Assembly: GCA_951406725.2 (NCBI GenBank)
Contig: OX597827.1
Location: 71,920,001-71,984,000 of the forward strand
Length of the DNA stretch: 64,000 nt
DNA from: Octopus vulgaris
Taxonomy: Eukaryota
Direction: 5' to 3'
The notes under the pieces are model-generated. The model was not told where the DNA came from. It saw only the letters and a program-made list of their open reading frames with translations, and did not search any database. This document shows positions 14,116 to 25,306 of the stretch, in pieces (positions within the stretch are counted from its first letter, which is position 1; the number at the start of each line of letters is the position of its first letter). A program made the translations under genes and the position numbers.

Positions 14116-14950
14116 AAATGGGACAAGAACGCAAAACATCCAGACAGTCAGGTGATACAAGAAAAGGACAACAAAACATCCAGATAGACGATACAAAGAA
14201 AACGAAGATGGGTCATTCAGAGTTTTCTTTCCTCAGTAGAGTTCCAGATTATCTTTGCAATTTCAGCTGGCCAGCCCCAAGGAAACACTAAGCTAAGAGC
14301 ATTAGATTATTTGGAAGAAAGTAGCGAATGTATACGAAAACATGGACGGAAAAAAAAATGGAGAATGTTACACAAATACAAATAACAGGACATAACAACA
14401 AGTGTCTTTAAACTAAGGACAAATTAAATTAAATTGGCATGTGTGGAAATAAGGCCTTACGGCAGGGATACAGGATTTCACAGACACAGGGAGGAATATA
14501 GATGTTGAATAGACTACAGCTGAACCAAGAAAGAACAATCAGGCTTGGCCGAACACCGGTAACATGGGGAGAGATGAGAGAGAAGTAGAGGTAGAGGGAC
14601 AGAAGAATTGAGGAGGGGCAAGAAAAAATGCCCAGGACACAGTGAAGTGAAAAGAGCAAGGGAAAGTGAGCAAGAAGAGAAGGCAGGGAAATGTGAGAGA
14701 GGGGGCAACTGACTGTCTGCATGTTTTGCATTCTTGTTCCATTTTGAATTTTATATAAATATATATATACATATATATATAGTGGCATACATAGACTTTG
14801 GTCTCTTATATGTAAGTATATATATATATATAAATATATAGGTATAAATACATATACACACACATATATATATATACGCACCTATACATATATAAATACA
14901 TATATGTATATAAATATATAGGTATAACTACATATATACATATATATGTA

Positions 14951-14985
<35 letters not shown>

Positions 14986-15280
14986 GGAGGATTATTTTCA
15001 ACCATATCACATCATCAAGTTTTCTTAATATTACTGAAAGTAGGAAAATTATAGTTGTTTTTGCTGGGTTTTGCGTGCTTTATCTTTTTATTTTGTTCTA
15101 CTGTAAATATCTTAATTACTTGTTGTATAGATTCCTATTTTTGTTGCCTGTTTTTGTTCATTTTTTTATTATTATTTACTTTACACTCTGTTCAAGTTTA
15201 AGTGTTGTTTGCATTAGATTTCAGTATAAATTGTATTGCAAAACATATACATATACACATATATATATAAGTGTGGTGTA

Positions 15281-15328
<48 letters not shown>

Positions 15329-15361
15329 CACATATATATATAAGTGTGTATGTGTATATAT

Positions 15362-15426
<65 letters not shown>

Positions 15427-15493
15427 CAAATATAAATACATAGAAATATATATATATACATACATATATACATACAAATATAAATACATAGAA

Positions 15494-15525
<32 letters not shown>

Positions 15526-15526
15526 A

Positions 15527-15615
<89 letters not shown>

Positions 15616-15901
15616 CACACACACACACATGTATATATATATCTTTTATATGTGTTATATATAATCTTTGATAATATAAAACAAGGGTTTTTTTGGAGAG
15701 GTCTTTTCGAGTTATTTTCTTTTTTGGCAGTAAGTATCTTAAATAGCAAAATATTCAATATTTATTGATATTTATTGCTGAAAATCTTACTGAAAACTAA
15801 TGGGTATCCATGGAAAATTCACAGGTGATAAATGTTCAACGTTATAGTTAATTACTTGCAGTAAACAGTATTGGAAAGGATCACTTGAACAAATTACAAA
15901 T

Positions 15902-16311
15902 GGCGCAGGAGTGGCTGTGTGGTAAGTAGCTTGTTTAACAACCACATGGTTCCGGGTTCAGTCCCACTGCGTGGCACCTTGGGCAAGTGTCTTCTACTAT
16001 AACCTCGGGCCGACCAAAGCCTTGTGAGTGGATTTGATAGACGGAAACTGAAAGAAGCCCGTCGTATATATGTACATATATATATATGCGTGCGTGTGTT
16101 TGTGTGTCTGTGTTTGTCCCCCTAGCATTGCTTGACAACCGATGCTGGTGTGTTTATGTCCCCGTTACCTAGCGGTTCGGCAAAAGAGACCGATAGAATA
16201 AGTACTGGGCTTACAAAAGAATAAGTCCCAGGGTCGAGTTGCTCGATTAAAAGGCGGTGCTCCAGCATGGCCGCAGTCAAATGACTGAAACAAGTAAAAG
16301 AGTAAAAGAGT
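15902..16311 (+). mobile_element. SINE family A (tRNA head, CORE-like accttgggcaagt, internal TA/TG microsatellite); other copies ~1-350(-), 8750-9148(-), 17808-18200(-), 38203-38588(+), 38625-39005(+), 49187-49545(-), 51970-52350(-), 53643-54080(+)
   Basis: A/B-box-like gtggctgtgtggt...ggttcagtccc, many near-identical copies, (aaaagagt)n tail. Confidence 0.88.
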
Positions 16312-16939
16312 ATGCTCCACTTTAGCATTTAATAAACAAGAAAATGTACATAAAATGGTAAATATGAAAAGGGGCTGAAAAGTTCCTGGCTTCGGGTAAA
16401 AGAAAATACAGGAGGATCAGTTAATTATGATTTTATCCAACATATTCCCTTCTCAGGATCATACGCTTACTGCAGTGGTCCTTCAGTTTTTTCTAAGCCC
16501 TGCAAAGCAACTCGGTTGGTTGGGCCTCCAACTGGGTTTTTTGTGATACCCTTAAAACCAGTAACATTTCAGCACCCCCTCATATATATATATTACCATC
16601 ATCATCATCATTTAACATCCGTTTTCCATGCTAGCATGGGTTGAACAGTTCGACCGGGGTCTGGTAAGCCATAGAGGCTGCACCAGGCTCCAGTCTGATT
16701 TGGCGGTGTTTCTACAGCTGGATGCCCTTCCTAACGCCAACCACTCTGTGAGTGTAGTGGGTGCTTTTTACATGCCACCGGCACAGGGGCCAGGCGAGGC
16801 TGGCAGACGGCCATGATCGATTGGTGCTTTTATGTGTCACTGACATGGACACCAGTCAGGCGGCGCTGGCATCTGCCACATTCGGACGGTGCTTTTTACA
16901 TGTCACAACTACAATTTCCATTTGATATATCTATATATA

Positions 16940-17015
<76 letters not shown>

Positions 17016-17137
17016 CTCGGCATTAATCACCAACTGCCGACTGAAACTGTGCTTGCGCGCTGAATTTTAAAGGATTATAACATATAATGGTGAGACATGT
17101 GTTATTTGTCTCTGAATTATAAGTTAATTATTAAGGC

Positions 17138-17208
17138 CGGTTACTGATGAGAATTCGCCTAGCAGATTATCTTATTTGCTAAAGAAATTTGAAACCTAGG
17201 TATAACTG
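17138..17208 (+). ncRNA. Type I hammerhead ribozyme motif (Penelope-like)
   Basis: cggtta-CTGATGA-gaatt..tagca..tgcta..aattt-GAAA-cctagg-TA-taactg: intact core, stems I and II, palindromic stem III, GUA site. Confidence 0.7.
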
Positions 17209-17704
17209 CAAAAATTAACAAAGTAAAAGTTTTTATTTTTCATTTCCTTCGAAAATTGCTATTAAATGTGGTTTCTGGTCATTTTGGCTGCTTCTTCTAG
17301 CATGTAAAAATTACCTGTTAAAGGGTAGTTTTCTTTTGTGTTTAAATGTACACTGTTTTATATATATATACACACAAAGGTATACTGAGAAGTTCCTGGC
17401 TTTGGGTATATTCCTCTTCCACCCCAACCCTGTACACACTCCTCTTCTCTTGTCTTACCCTATACACCTGTTCTCTCATGCCCTCTGTCCTATCTAGCCC
17501 TATACACATCTCTCCTCACCTGCCTTGCCTATATAAAGACCACTATCCCTGCACTGCCCTGCCCAACACACATCCCCTATTTCTTGCCCTACCCTATAAT
17601 CTATCCCTCTTTTCCTGCCCTACCCTACATATATTCCTTTCTTCTTTCCTGGCTTGCTCTATACACATCTCTCTCTCTCTCTCTCCTCCTGCATTGCCCT
17701 AATC

Positions 17705-18298
17705 CAGTGGTTTTCAACCAGGGTTCCGCCAGTACAGTCTAGGGGTTCCGCAAGAAGTTACAAAACTGCTAAAATCGGCAGTAATTTTTAATTCTCCTGT
17801 GCAGATATACTCTTTACTCTTTTACTTGTTTCAGTCATTTGACTGCGGCCATGCTGGAGCACCACCTTTAATCGAGCAACTCGACCCCGGGACTTATTCT
17901 TTTGTAAGCCTAGTACTTATTCTATCGATCTCTTTTGCCGAACCGCTAAGTAACGGTGGACATAAACACACCAGCATCGGTTGTCAAGCAATGCTAGGGG
18001 GACAAACACAGACACACACACACATATATATACATACATATATACGACGGGCTTCTTTCAGTTTCCGTCTACCAAATCCACTCACAAGGCTTTGGTCGGC
18101 CCGAGGCTATAGTAGAAGATACTTGCCCAAGGTGCCACGCAGTGGGACTGAACCTGGAACCATGTGGTTGGTAAACAAGCTACTTACCACACAGCCACTC
18201 CTGTGCATAAGACTATTAAATTATTGCACAGGGGTTCCTCGAGCCGGTGGAATGTTTCCTTGGGGTTCTGCTCCAACAAAAAAGTTTGAAAAGCACTG
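17705..18298. mobile_element. hAT-type MITE with nested SINE
   Basis: TIRs cagtggttttcaa / ttgaaaagcactg, 8-bp TSD ccctaatc; SINE ~17808-18200 flanked by ctcctgtgca. Confidence 0.85.
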
Positions 18299-18348
18299 CC
18301 CTAATCATTTGCTAATGTTCGTTAATAAAACAACCATTTCTTTCTTAC

Positions 18349-18610
18349 CTTGAAGAGAACCACTTCTTCGTTGATGTTGTTTCTTCTTCGCCACAGCTGT
18401 ATTTGGGTTGTTTTCATTGGTGAAAGGAGTGAGGCGGCCTTCAGCGATGTCGTCATATTTGTAGGGGCTTAATTTGTTGAAGAAATTTGCCATCTCTTTC
18501 GCTTGGTCGCACAGGTCGGTAGACACGAGCCCAATGTTTTCGTGTTCGTTAATGAGCATTTCAAGCAGCGACGTCTTCAACGGCAGCCATTTTTCCTCTT
18601 GCCCGCTCAT
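18349..18610 (-). CDS. ARHGAP11A: RhoGAP exon 5 (MSGQEEKW...LINEHENIG...QRRSGSLQ)
   Basis: Acceptor ttccag|ATG, donor G|gtaaga, 262 nt, phase 0->1. LI.....IG domain end and basic RRS stretch as in ARHGAP11A. Confidence 0.9.
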
Positions 18611-18699
18611 CTGGAACATTCAGACAAACAGACAGACAGACAGACAGATAAGAGAAAGAGTGAAAACCCGAAATCAAAATTTTGCATTTTACAAGTTTT

Positions 18700-18985
18700 A
18701 TCATCCTCGTCATCATCATCATCATCATCACCACTACCACTGCCATCATCATCACCATCATCAACACCATCAACACCACCATCATCATCATCACCATCAT
18801 CATCACCACTACCACTGCCATCATCAACACACATCACCATCACCATCACCATCATCATCATCACCATCACCATCATCATCACCACTACCACTGCCATCAT
18901 CATCACCATCATCAACACCATCACCATCACCATCATCATCATCATCATCATCATCACTATTACCATCATCACCATCATTATCATT
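18700..18985. repeat. (CAT/CAC)n microsatellite
   Basis: Direct reading; source of the poly-His ORFs. Confidence 0.95.
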
Positions 18986-20421
18986 AAACTATTTCTTTAC
19001 TACCCACAAGAGTAGTAAACACAGAGAGGACAAACAAGGACAGACAAACGGATTAAGTCGATTATATCAACCCCCAGTGCGTAACTGGTACTTAATTTAT
19101 CGACCCGGAAAGGATGAAAGGCAAAGTCGACCTTGGCGGAATTTGAACTCAGAACGTAACGCCAGACGAAATACGGCTACGCATTTCGCCCGGCGTGCTA
19201 ACGTTTCTGCCAGCTCGCCACCTTATCATTAAACATCCACTTTTCCATGCTTGCAGTTGTTGAGGCAGATTTTCCACAGCTAGCTCTCACCTGTTTCCAG
19301 GTAGACTAATATATTTTCCCACAGAGAGAAGACTGGAAACAAACAACCTCACCTGCATGAGGGTGCTTCTCTTTTACAACCATCGCATGATGTCTAGACA
19401 AGAGCACGCACGCACACACACACACATGTACACATTCACATGCACACACACACACATACACATGCACACACACATGCACACACACACACACACACACACA
19501 CAGATATATACGATGGGCTTCTTTTAGTTTCAGCCTACGAAATTCATTCACAAAGATGAACAAATTAACTTTAGTACATATTTTAAAGCCTGATACTTAT
19601 TCTATCAGTCTCCTATTGTTAGACTGCTAAGTTACGGGGGACATAAACATAACAACACCAGTTGTCAAGCTATGGTGGGGACAAACACAACACAAAGACA
19701 CAGACACACACAGACACAGACACACACACACACACACACAGACACACACACACACACACACAGCAGGCTTCTTTCTATCTCCATCTACCAAATCCACTCA
19801 CATGGTTCTGGTCAGCTCAGGGCTATAGTAGAAGGCACTCGCCCAAGGTGCCGTGCTGTGGGATCGAACATGAAAACCATATGACAACTCCACACCATCT
19901 CACAACCATATTGTACAACAGCACCAAGACTATCTCAAAGCTCTCCCACATCATACCAACTGGACCATGTCCATTCCAAGCAAGCATGAAAAAGCATCAA
20001 GAAGCAACCACTGCTGTTGTACAATGTGGTTGTGAGATGGTGTGGAATTGTCATGTGGTTTCAGGTTCAATCCCACTGCACGGCACCTTGGACGAGTGTC
20101 TTCTACTATAGCCCTGGGCTGACCAGAACCCTGTGAGTGGATTTGGTAGATGGAAATGGAAAGAAGCCTGCTGTATGCTTGTGTGTGTGTATGCATGCAT
20201 GCATGCATGTGTGTATGTGTATGTGTGTGTGCCTTTGTGTTTGTGTTGTATTTCTCCCAACCACCACTTAACAACTGGTGTTGCTATATTTATGTCCCCC
20301 ATAACTTAGCAGTTCACCAATAAGCGACTGACAGAATACCTATCAGGCTTAAAAATAAGTACTAATGCTAATTTGTTCATCTTTGTGATTGAATTTTGTC
20401 ATCCATCAAACGATACGTTAC

Positions 20422-20769
20422 CTTGTTCCCCTTGGGGCAGTTGTGCATAATACTAGGAGCCATGATTAATGCTAGGTTCCGAGCTGTCATCTTATTCTGC
20501 GCAGAGTGAGCAGCGACCTTATGAAACAGGTTCATTGTGAATTTCAGGGTCCCTAAATGTTCTGGTGGGATCAGGAGGCACAGTTTCAAGGCAGCCCGTC
20601 TACCCTTCTCGATAGAACCATTGTCTCGCATCTGCTGACATTTCAGGAAGGCAGTGTGGTAAACGTTGGTCAACAGGGGTTCCCTCAGCTCACGGAAAAA
20701 CTGCTTAATCAGACCAGTGACATCAAAAACATTGGCTGAGGAAACATTTAACACTTGTTCAATGTCTTC
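20422..20769 (-). CDS. ARHGAP11A: RhoGAP exon 4, domain core (EDIEQ...GLIKQFFRELREPLL...NKMTARNLALIMAPSI...KGNK)
   Basis: Acceptor tttttatag|GAA, donor AAG|gtaacg, 348 nt, phase 0->0. K.FFREL.EPL and NKM...NLA...AP RhoGAP motifs. Confidence 0.95.
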
Positions 20770-22153
20770 CTATAAAAAGAACAAAAGGAAAATACAGTTC
20801 TATAATTAAGAGATGAGGAATTAAGTACATTGTTTACATTTGATGGATATTTGTCCTCATCGTGTTTGTTACTAACACAACATTTCAGTTAATATACCTA
20901 TTTCTTTACTACCCACAAGGGGTTAAACACAGAGGAGACAAACAAGGACAGACAAATGGCTTAAGTGGATTACATCGACCCCAGTGCGTAACTGGTACTT
21001 ATTTAATCGACCCCCAAAAGGATGAAAGGCAAAGTCGACCTCAGCGGAATTTGAACTCAGAACATAGCGGCAGACAAAATACCTATTTCTTTACTACCCG
21101 CAAGGGGCTAAACACAGAGGAGACAAACAAGGACAGACAAACGGCTTAAGTGGATTACATCGACCCCAGTGCGTAACTGGTACTTATTTAATCGACCCCG
21201 AAAGGATGAAAGGCAAAGTCGACCTCGGCGGAATTTGAACTCAGAACGTAGCAGCAGACGAAATACCAGTAAGCATTTCGCCCGGCGTGCTAACGATTCT
21301 ACCAGCTCACCACCTTAATATATTCTCCAGCCTTCAAACAACAAACAAGAGGAGGACAAATATCCATCAAATGTAAATAATGCAAATGAAGGGAAAATAA
21401 TCCGCATATAATAATACTCTTGTGTTTTTCTCTGTCACAACATATGAATGAGAAAGGAAGGGGTGATGGCAAACTGGTAGTGGTAGTGTTTCAACTCTGT
21501 GTGTGTATGTAAAAGGGAGGTGTATGCGTGTGTGTGTGTGTGTGTGTGTATGGGGGCATGTGCAGTTACAGTGCATCACTGCATCCATTATTTGTTGGTG
21601 ATTCCCTAATCCTGACAGATGACACCCAGGCACCAGTCAGGTGACAACCCTCTGATCCATGGGTCTGTTTGGGTAGTTGTTGCTAGTGAGGGTTAATATA
21701 TTATTGACTAATTTATTAAAATTGATAATGAAAAAATATATGGATTAAGCTTATTATATTTCATTTGCAAGATTCTTTATATGAGTTTGTGTGTTGAAGC
21801 ATATTCTGTTGTGTCTGGGGAGAGTCATTTTCTTTTTGTGCTTTATAATTTAACACACTCACCAGTAAAATTTCCACTTATTTCTTATTTTTATTTTCCT
21901 AAAAATCTTCATTGCGTTTTGCAATCTTTTCAATAGTCAAGACTATTCAAAAGGTTTCAAGACGCATCGAAAGTTTTTAGGAAAATAAAAATAAGAAATA
22001 AGTGGAAATTTTACCGGTGAGTGTGTTAAATTATAAGGCACAAAAAGAAAATGACTCTCCCCAGACACAATAGAATATGGATTAAAATAAATACAAAAAA
22101 AAACCCCAATGAATTTACCTGACAACCCAATAAATGAATTATTTTATTCCTAC

Positions 22154-22250
22154 CACTAATTTCTTTTGCCGGCTCAAAGATCCAGACTTTCGGAAGATGC
22201 CCTCAACATTGATGTTGTCCATAATAACTTCAGACGCTCGGACCAGGAAT
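22154..22250 (-). CDS. ARHGAP11A: RhoGAP exon 3 with arginine finger (FLVRASEVIMDNINVEGIFRKSGSLSRQKKLV)
   Basis: Acceptor ttttatag|A, donor GTG|gtagga, 97 nt, phase 2->0. Canonical EGIFRKSG catalytic motif. Confidence 0.95.
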
Positions 22251-22445
22251 CTATAAAAGGTAACAGACTAAAATGATCATCAACTGACCACATTAGTAAA
22301 TATATATATATATATTCATACATACATATTATGTCAAGTTATATTCAAAAAACATTTCAACATAAAAGGGAAGAAAGTGAAGGATTACTGAATGTTCTTC
22401 AAGTAGCGTACATATTTATTAAGCATTTAAGGACTGAATGATAGA

Positions 22446-22490
<45 letters not shown>

Positions 22491-23825
22491 TGTATGAGAG
22501 AGAGAGTGTGTGTATGAGAGAGAGAGCGTGTGTGTGTATGAGAGAGAGAGAGAGTGTATGTTTGTATGAGAGAGAAAGAGAGTGTGTGTGTGTATGAGAG
22601 AGAGAGAGTGTGTGTATGAGAGAGGGAGAGAGTGAGAGAGAGAGAGAGAGCTCTGTTTTTTTTTATGTTTTTTTTCTTTTTTGTCATTGTTATTGTTGTT
22701 AGCAGGTTAAATCTGATTTGATTAAATTCAGAGCAGAAAACAATCAAATCCACCATATTTGATGACATAATACAAGACACATTTTTCTTCTAAAGAAATG
22801 TTTCAAAAGAAATTCCTCCTGGGTCCTAAATGCAAAGTTGGGTCTTCATTACATGCTTTAATGCACTAAAAAAATGTTTTTCCCGAATACGCACTGCTGG
22901 AATTAGAATACACTCAATACGCTTCTACATCTTTTACATCATCAACTATGGTAAAATCTGTGAAAATGGAAATTTTAATGCTGTATGTTAAAATCATATT
23001 ACCACCTCTCCACCACAGTTGTTCCCTGGTCCACCCCAACCTGGGCTAATGGCACCTGTTAGGGTCCCAATATTGGGTTAATTAGCATGAAACCACCTAA
23101 GCCAGGGTACATTAAAATCATGGGATACAGCATGGTGAATAAAGACTATTTCAGCAGATGAACCTTACTGTGTCAATGATGAATATTACTAGAAGCTAAA
23201 CAGATGAATGTGGAGGCGCATAGCTTAGTGGTTAGGGTGTTGAACTCATGATCGTAAGGTTGTGGTTTCGATTCTTGGACCGGGCGATGCGTTGTGTCCT
23301 TGAGCAAAACACTTCATTTCACGTTGCTCCAGTCCACTCAACAGGCAAAAATGAGTAAAAATTCCCCACCTGGCGTCCCGACCAGGTGGGGAATTTCTGC
23401 GCCACTGAAACCGGGAAACCGGCCCTTATGAGCCTGGCATGGCTCGAGAAGGAACATTTATTTTTATTAAACAGATGAACAGGTAACAAACTATCAACAG
23501 CCAGGATCAACCAGTTCAGTTAGTGAACCATTGCTTTCATCTGTAGTTGTGGCATGCACAGATGAGATATTCCAGCTGGAGGAAGACCAAAATTCAAGCC
23601 AGACATTCAAGCCTCAACGGTCAATCAGGATGTTTCGCATGAAAGAGTTACCCTGGTCCAAGGGAGTTACCCAATCAGGGTGATGATATCACAATTTGTT
23701 AAGTCAGAGTCAGACAGAGTTAGAGTCAGTACATTTTTACTGACTCTTGCACCGAGACTCCTGTAACTGTGAAACTTAACGAGGTGACTACATGAAAAGA
23801 AATAAATGAAAAGAAATTCTCTTAC

Positions 23826-23908
23826 GAAGGTATGTGTCCAAACGATTCCAAATAGTAGCAAGGAACATGGGCTAAGTAATTGTTGAAGTGACGTATCTCA
23901 CGGTCATG
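23826..23908 (-). CDS. ARHGAP11A: RhoGAP exon 2 (HDREIRHFNNYLAHVPCYYLESFGHIPS)
   Basis: Acceptor ttgcag|CAT, donor TC|gtaaga, 83 nt, phase 0->2. GHIPS+FLV matches ARHGAP11A YGHIPSFLV. Confidence 0.9.
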
Positions 23909-24444
23909 CTGCAACAGGAAAAAAAACATATAATACTTGGATAGGTCATGGTTGTTGCTTAGCTAACCCCAGGTCAACGGGGATCAAACAAACCTAGAAT
24001 CAAAACAATTCCAATCATAACATATTCCTATCTCTTTATTTTTTTTTTTCTATTTCAAACATATTTGTGTTAGCAGTGTGCGATTTGATCACTTGCAAGT
24101 AATCTCTTACAGATTTTCTATAGATTTGGCTAACCCCAGGTTAACTGGGATCAAACAAACCTAGAATCAAAATCATTCCAATCATAGCATATTCCCATCT
24201 CTTTTTTTTTTTTCTATTTCAAACTAATTTGTGTTAGCAGTATGTGATTTGATCACTTGTAAGTTATCTCTTACAGATTTTCTATTGAATTCATAGTAGC
24301 ACTGAAAGTTACAATGTATTAATACGTACATACCAGTTACCAGGAATGTGTTTAATATGTAAATTGGTTTACTCAGCAGTGTTACACATCTAAACTTAGT
24401 GGCTAATTTAAGTAATGTGTTCGTGGATGTTCATTAGGTCGGAT

Positions 24445-24490
24445 GTGATACTGAAGAAGGAACAATAACTCCTGAAACGTGCATATACAC
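24445..24490 (+). ncRNA. Degenerate minimal hammerhead motif
   Basis: gtgata-CTGAAGA-agga acaataac tcct-GAAA-cgtgca-TA-tacac; the stem III closing G is replaced by A. Confidence 0.5.
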
Positions 24491-24724
24491 CCATAACCTA
24501 TTTTCAATCTTTACATAGATGTATTAATAAAACAAATGTCATAACTTTCAGCACTGGCTCTAATTTCTATAGGAAATCTGTAAGAAATAACTTAAAAGTG
24601 ATTAAATCACACTGCTAATACCAAAAAGTATGATACAGTGTTGACTTACAAACCTTTAATATGCTTGGTGGTATATTATGGTTGCTAAATGAGATGCGAT
24701 GTCCTTACCAGCAATTAAGATATA

Positions 24725-24948
24725 TTGGGTTATCCGGAAAGTTTGTGCGGATTTTTAAAGGAAAGAAAAAGGTTAATAAATACTTGCCATTACATTTTTA
24801 ATCAACCAAATATGAACCATTTTGTTGCACAATGTGTCTCCATCTTTCCTTTAACTTGAAAATACCCTCTTCCCAGAATTGAGACGCCTCGGAGAGTAAG
24901 TCGAAAGGTAAGCTACTATAAATCGGCACGAACTTTCCGGACAACCCA

Positions 24949-24949
<1 letters not shown>
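24725..24949 (-). mobile_element. Mariner deletion derivative
   Basis: ~30-bp TIRs ttgggttatccggaaagt / actttccggacaacccaa; encodes FWEEGIFKLKERWRHIVQQNGSY, a mariner transposase C-terminus. Confidence 0.85.
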
Positions 24950-24995
<46 letters not shown>

Positions 24996-25264
24996 TATGT
25001 GTGTATGTATGTATGTATGTATGTATGTATGTATAATGTTGTGCTTGAGAAAAAATCCCATCAAGCCAAGTAAAATCGCAGTCGTGGCAGATACTAGTGT
25101 CACGCAAATGGCAGCCATGCTGGTGGCACGTAAAAGCACCCATTACACTCTCAGAGTTGTTGGCATTAGGAGGGGCACCCAGTTGTAGAAAGCATGCCAA
25201 ATCAGACAGGAATCTAGTGCAGCCTTCCAGCTTGCCAGCATGGACAACAGACATTAGACAATGA

Positions 25265-25304
<40 letters not shown>

Positions 25305-25306
<2 letters not shown>

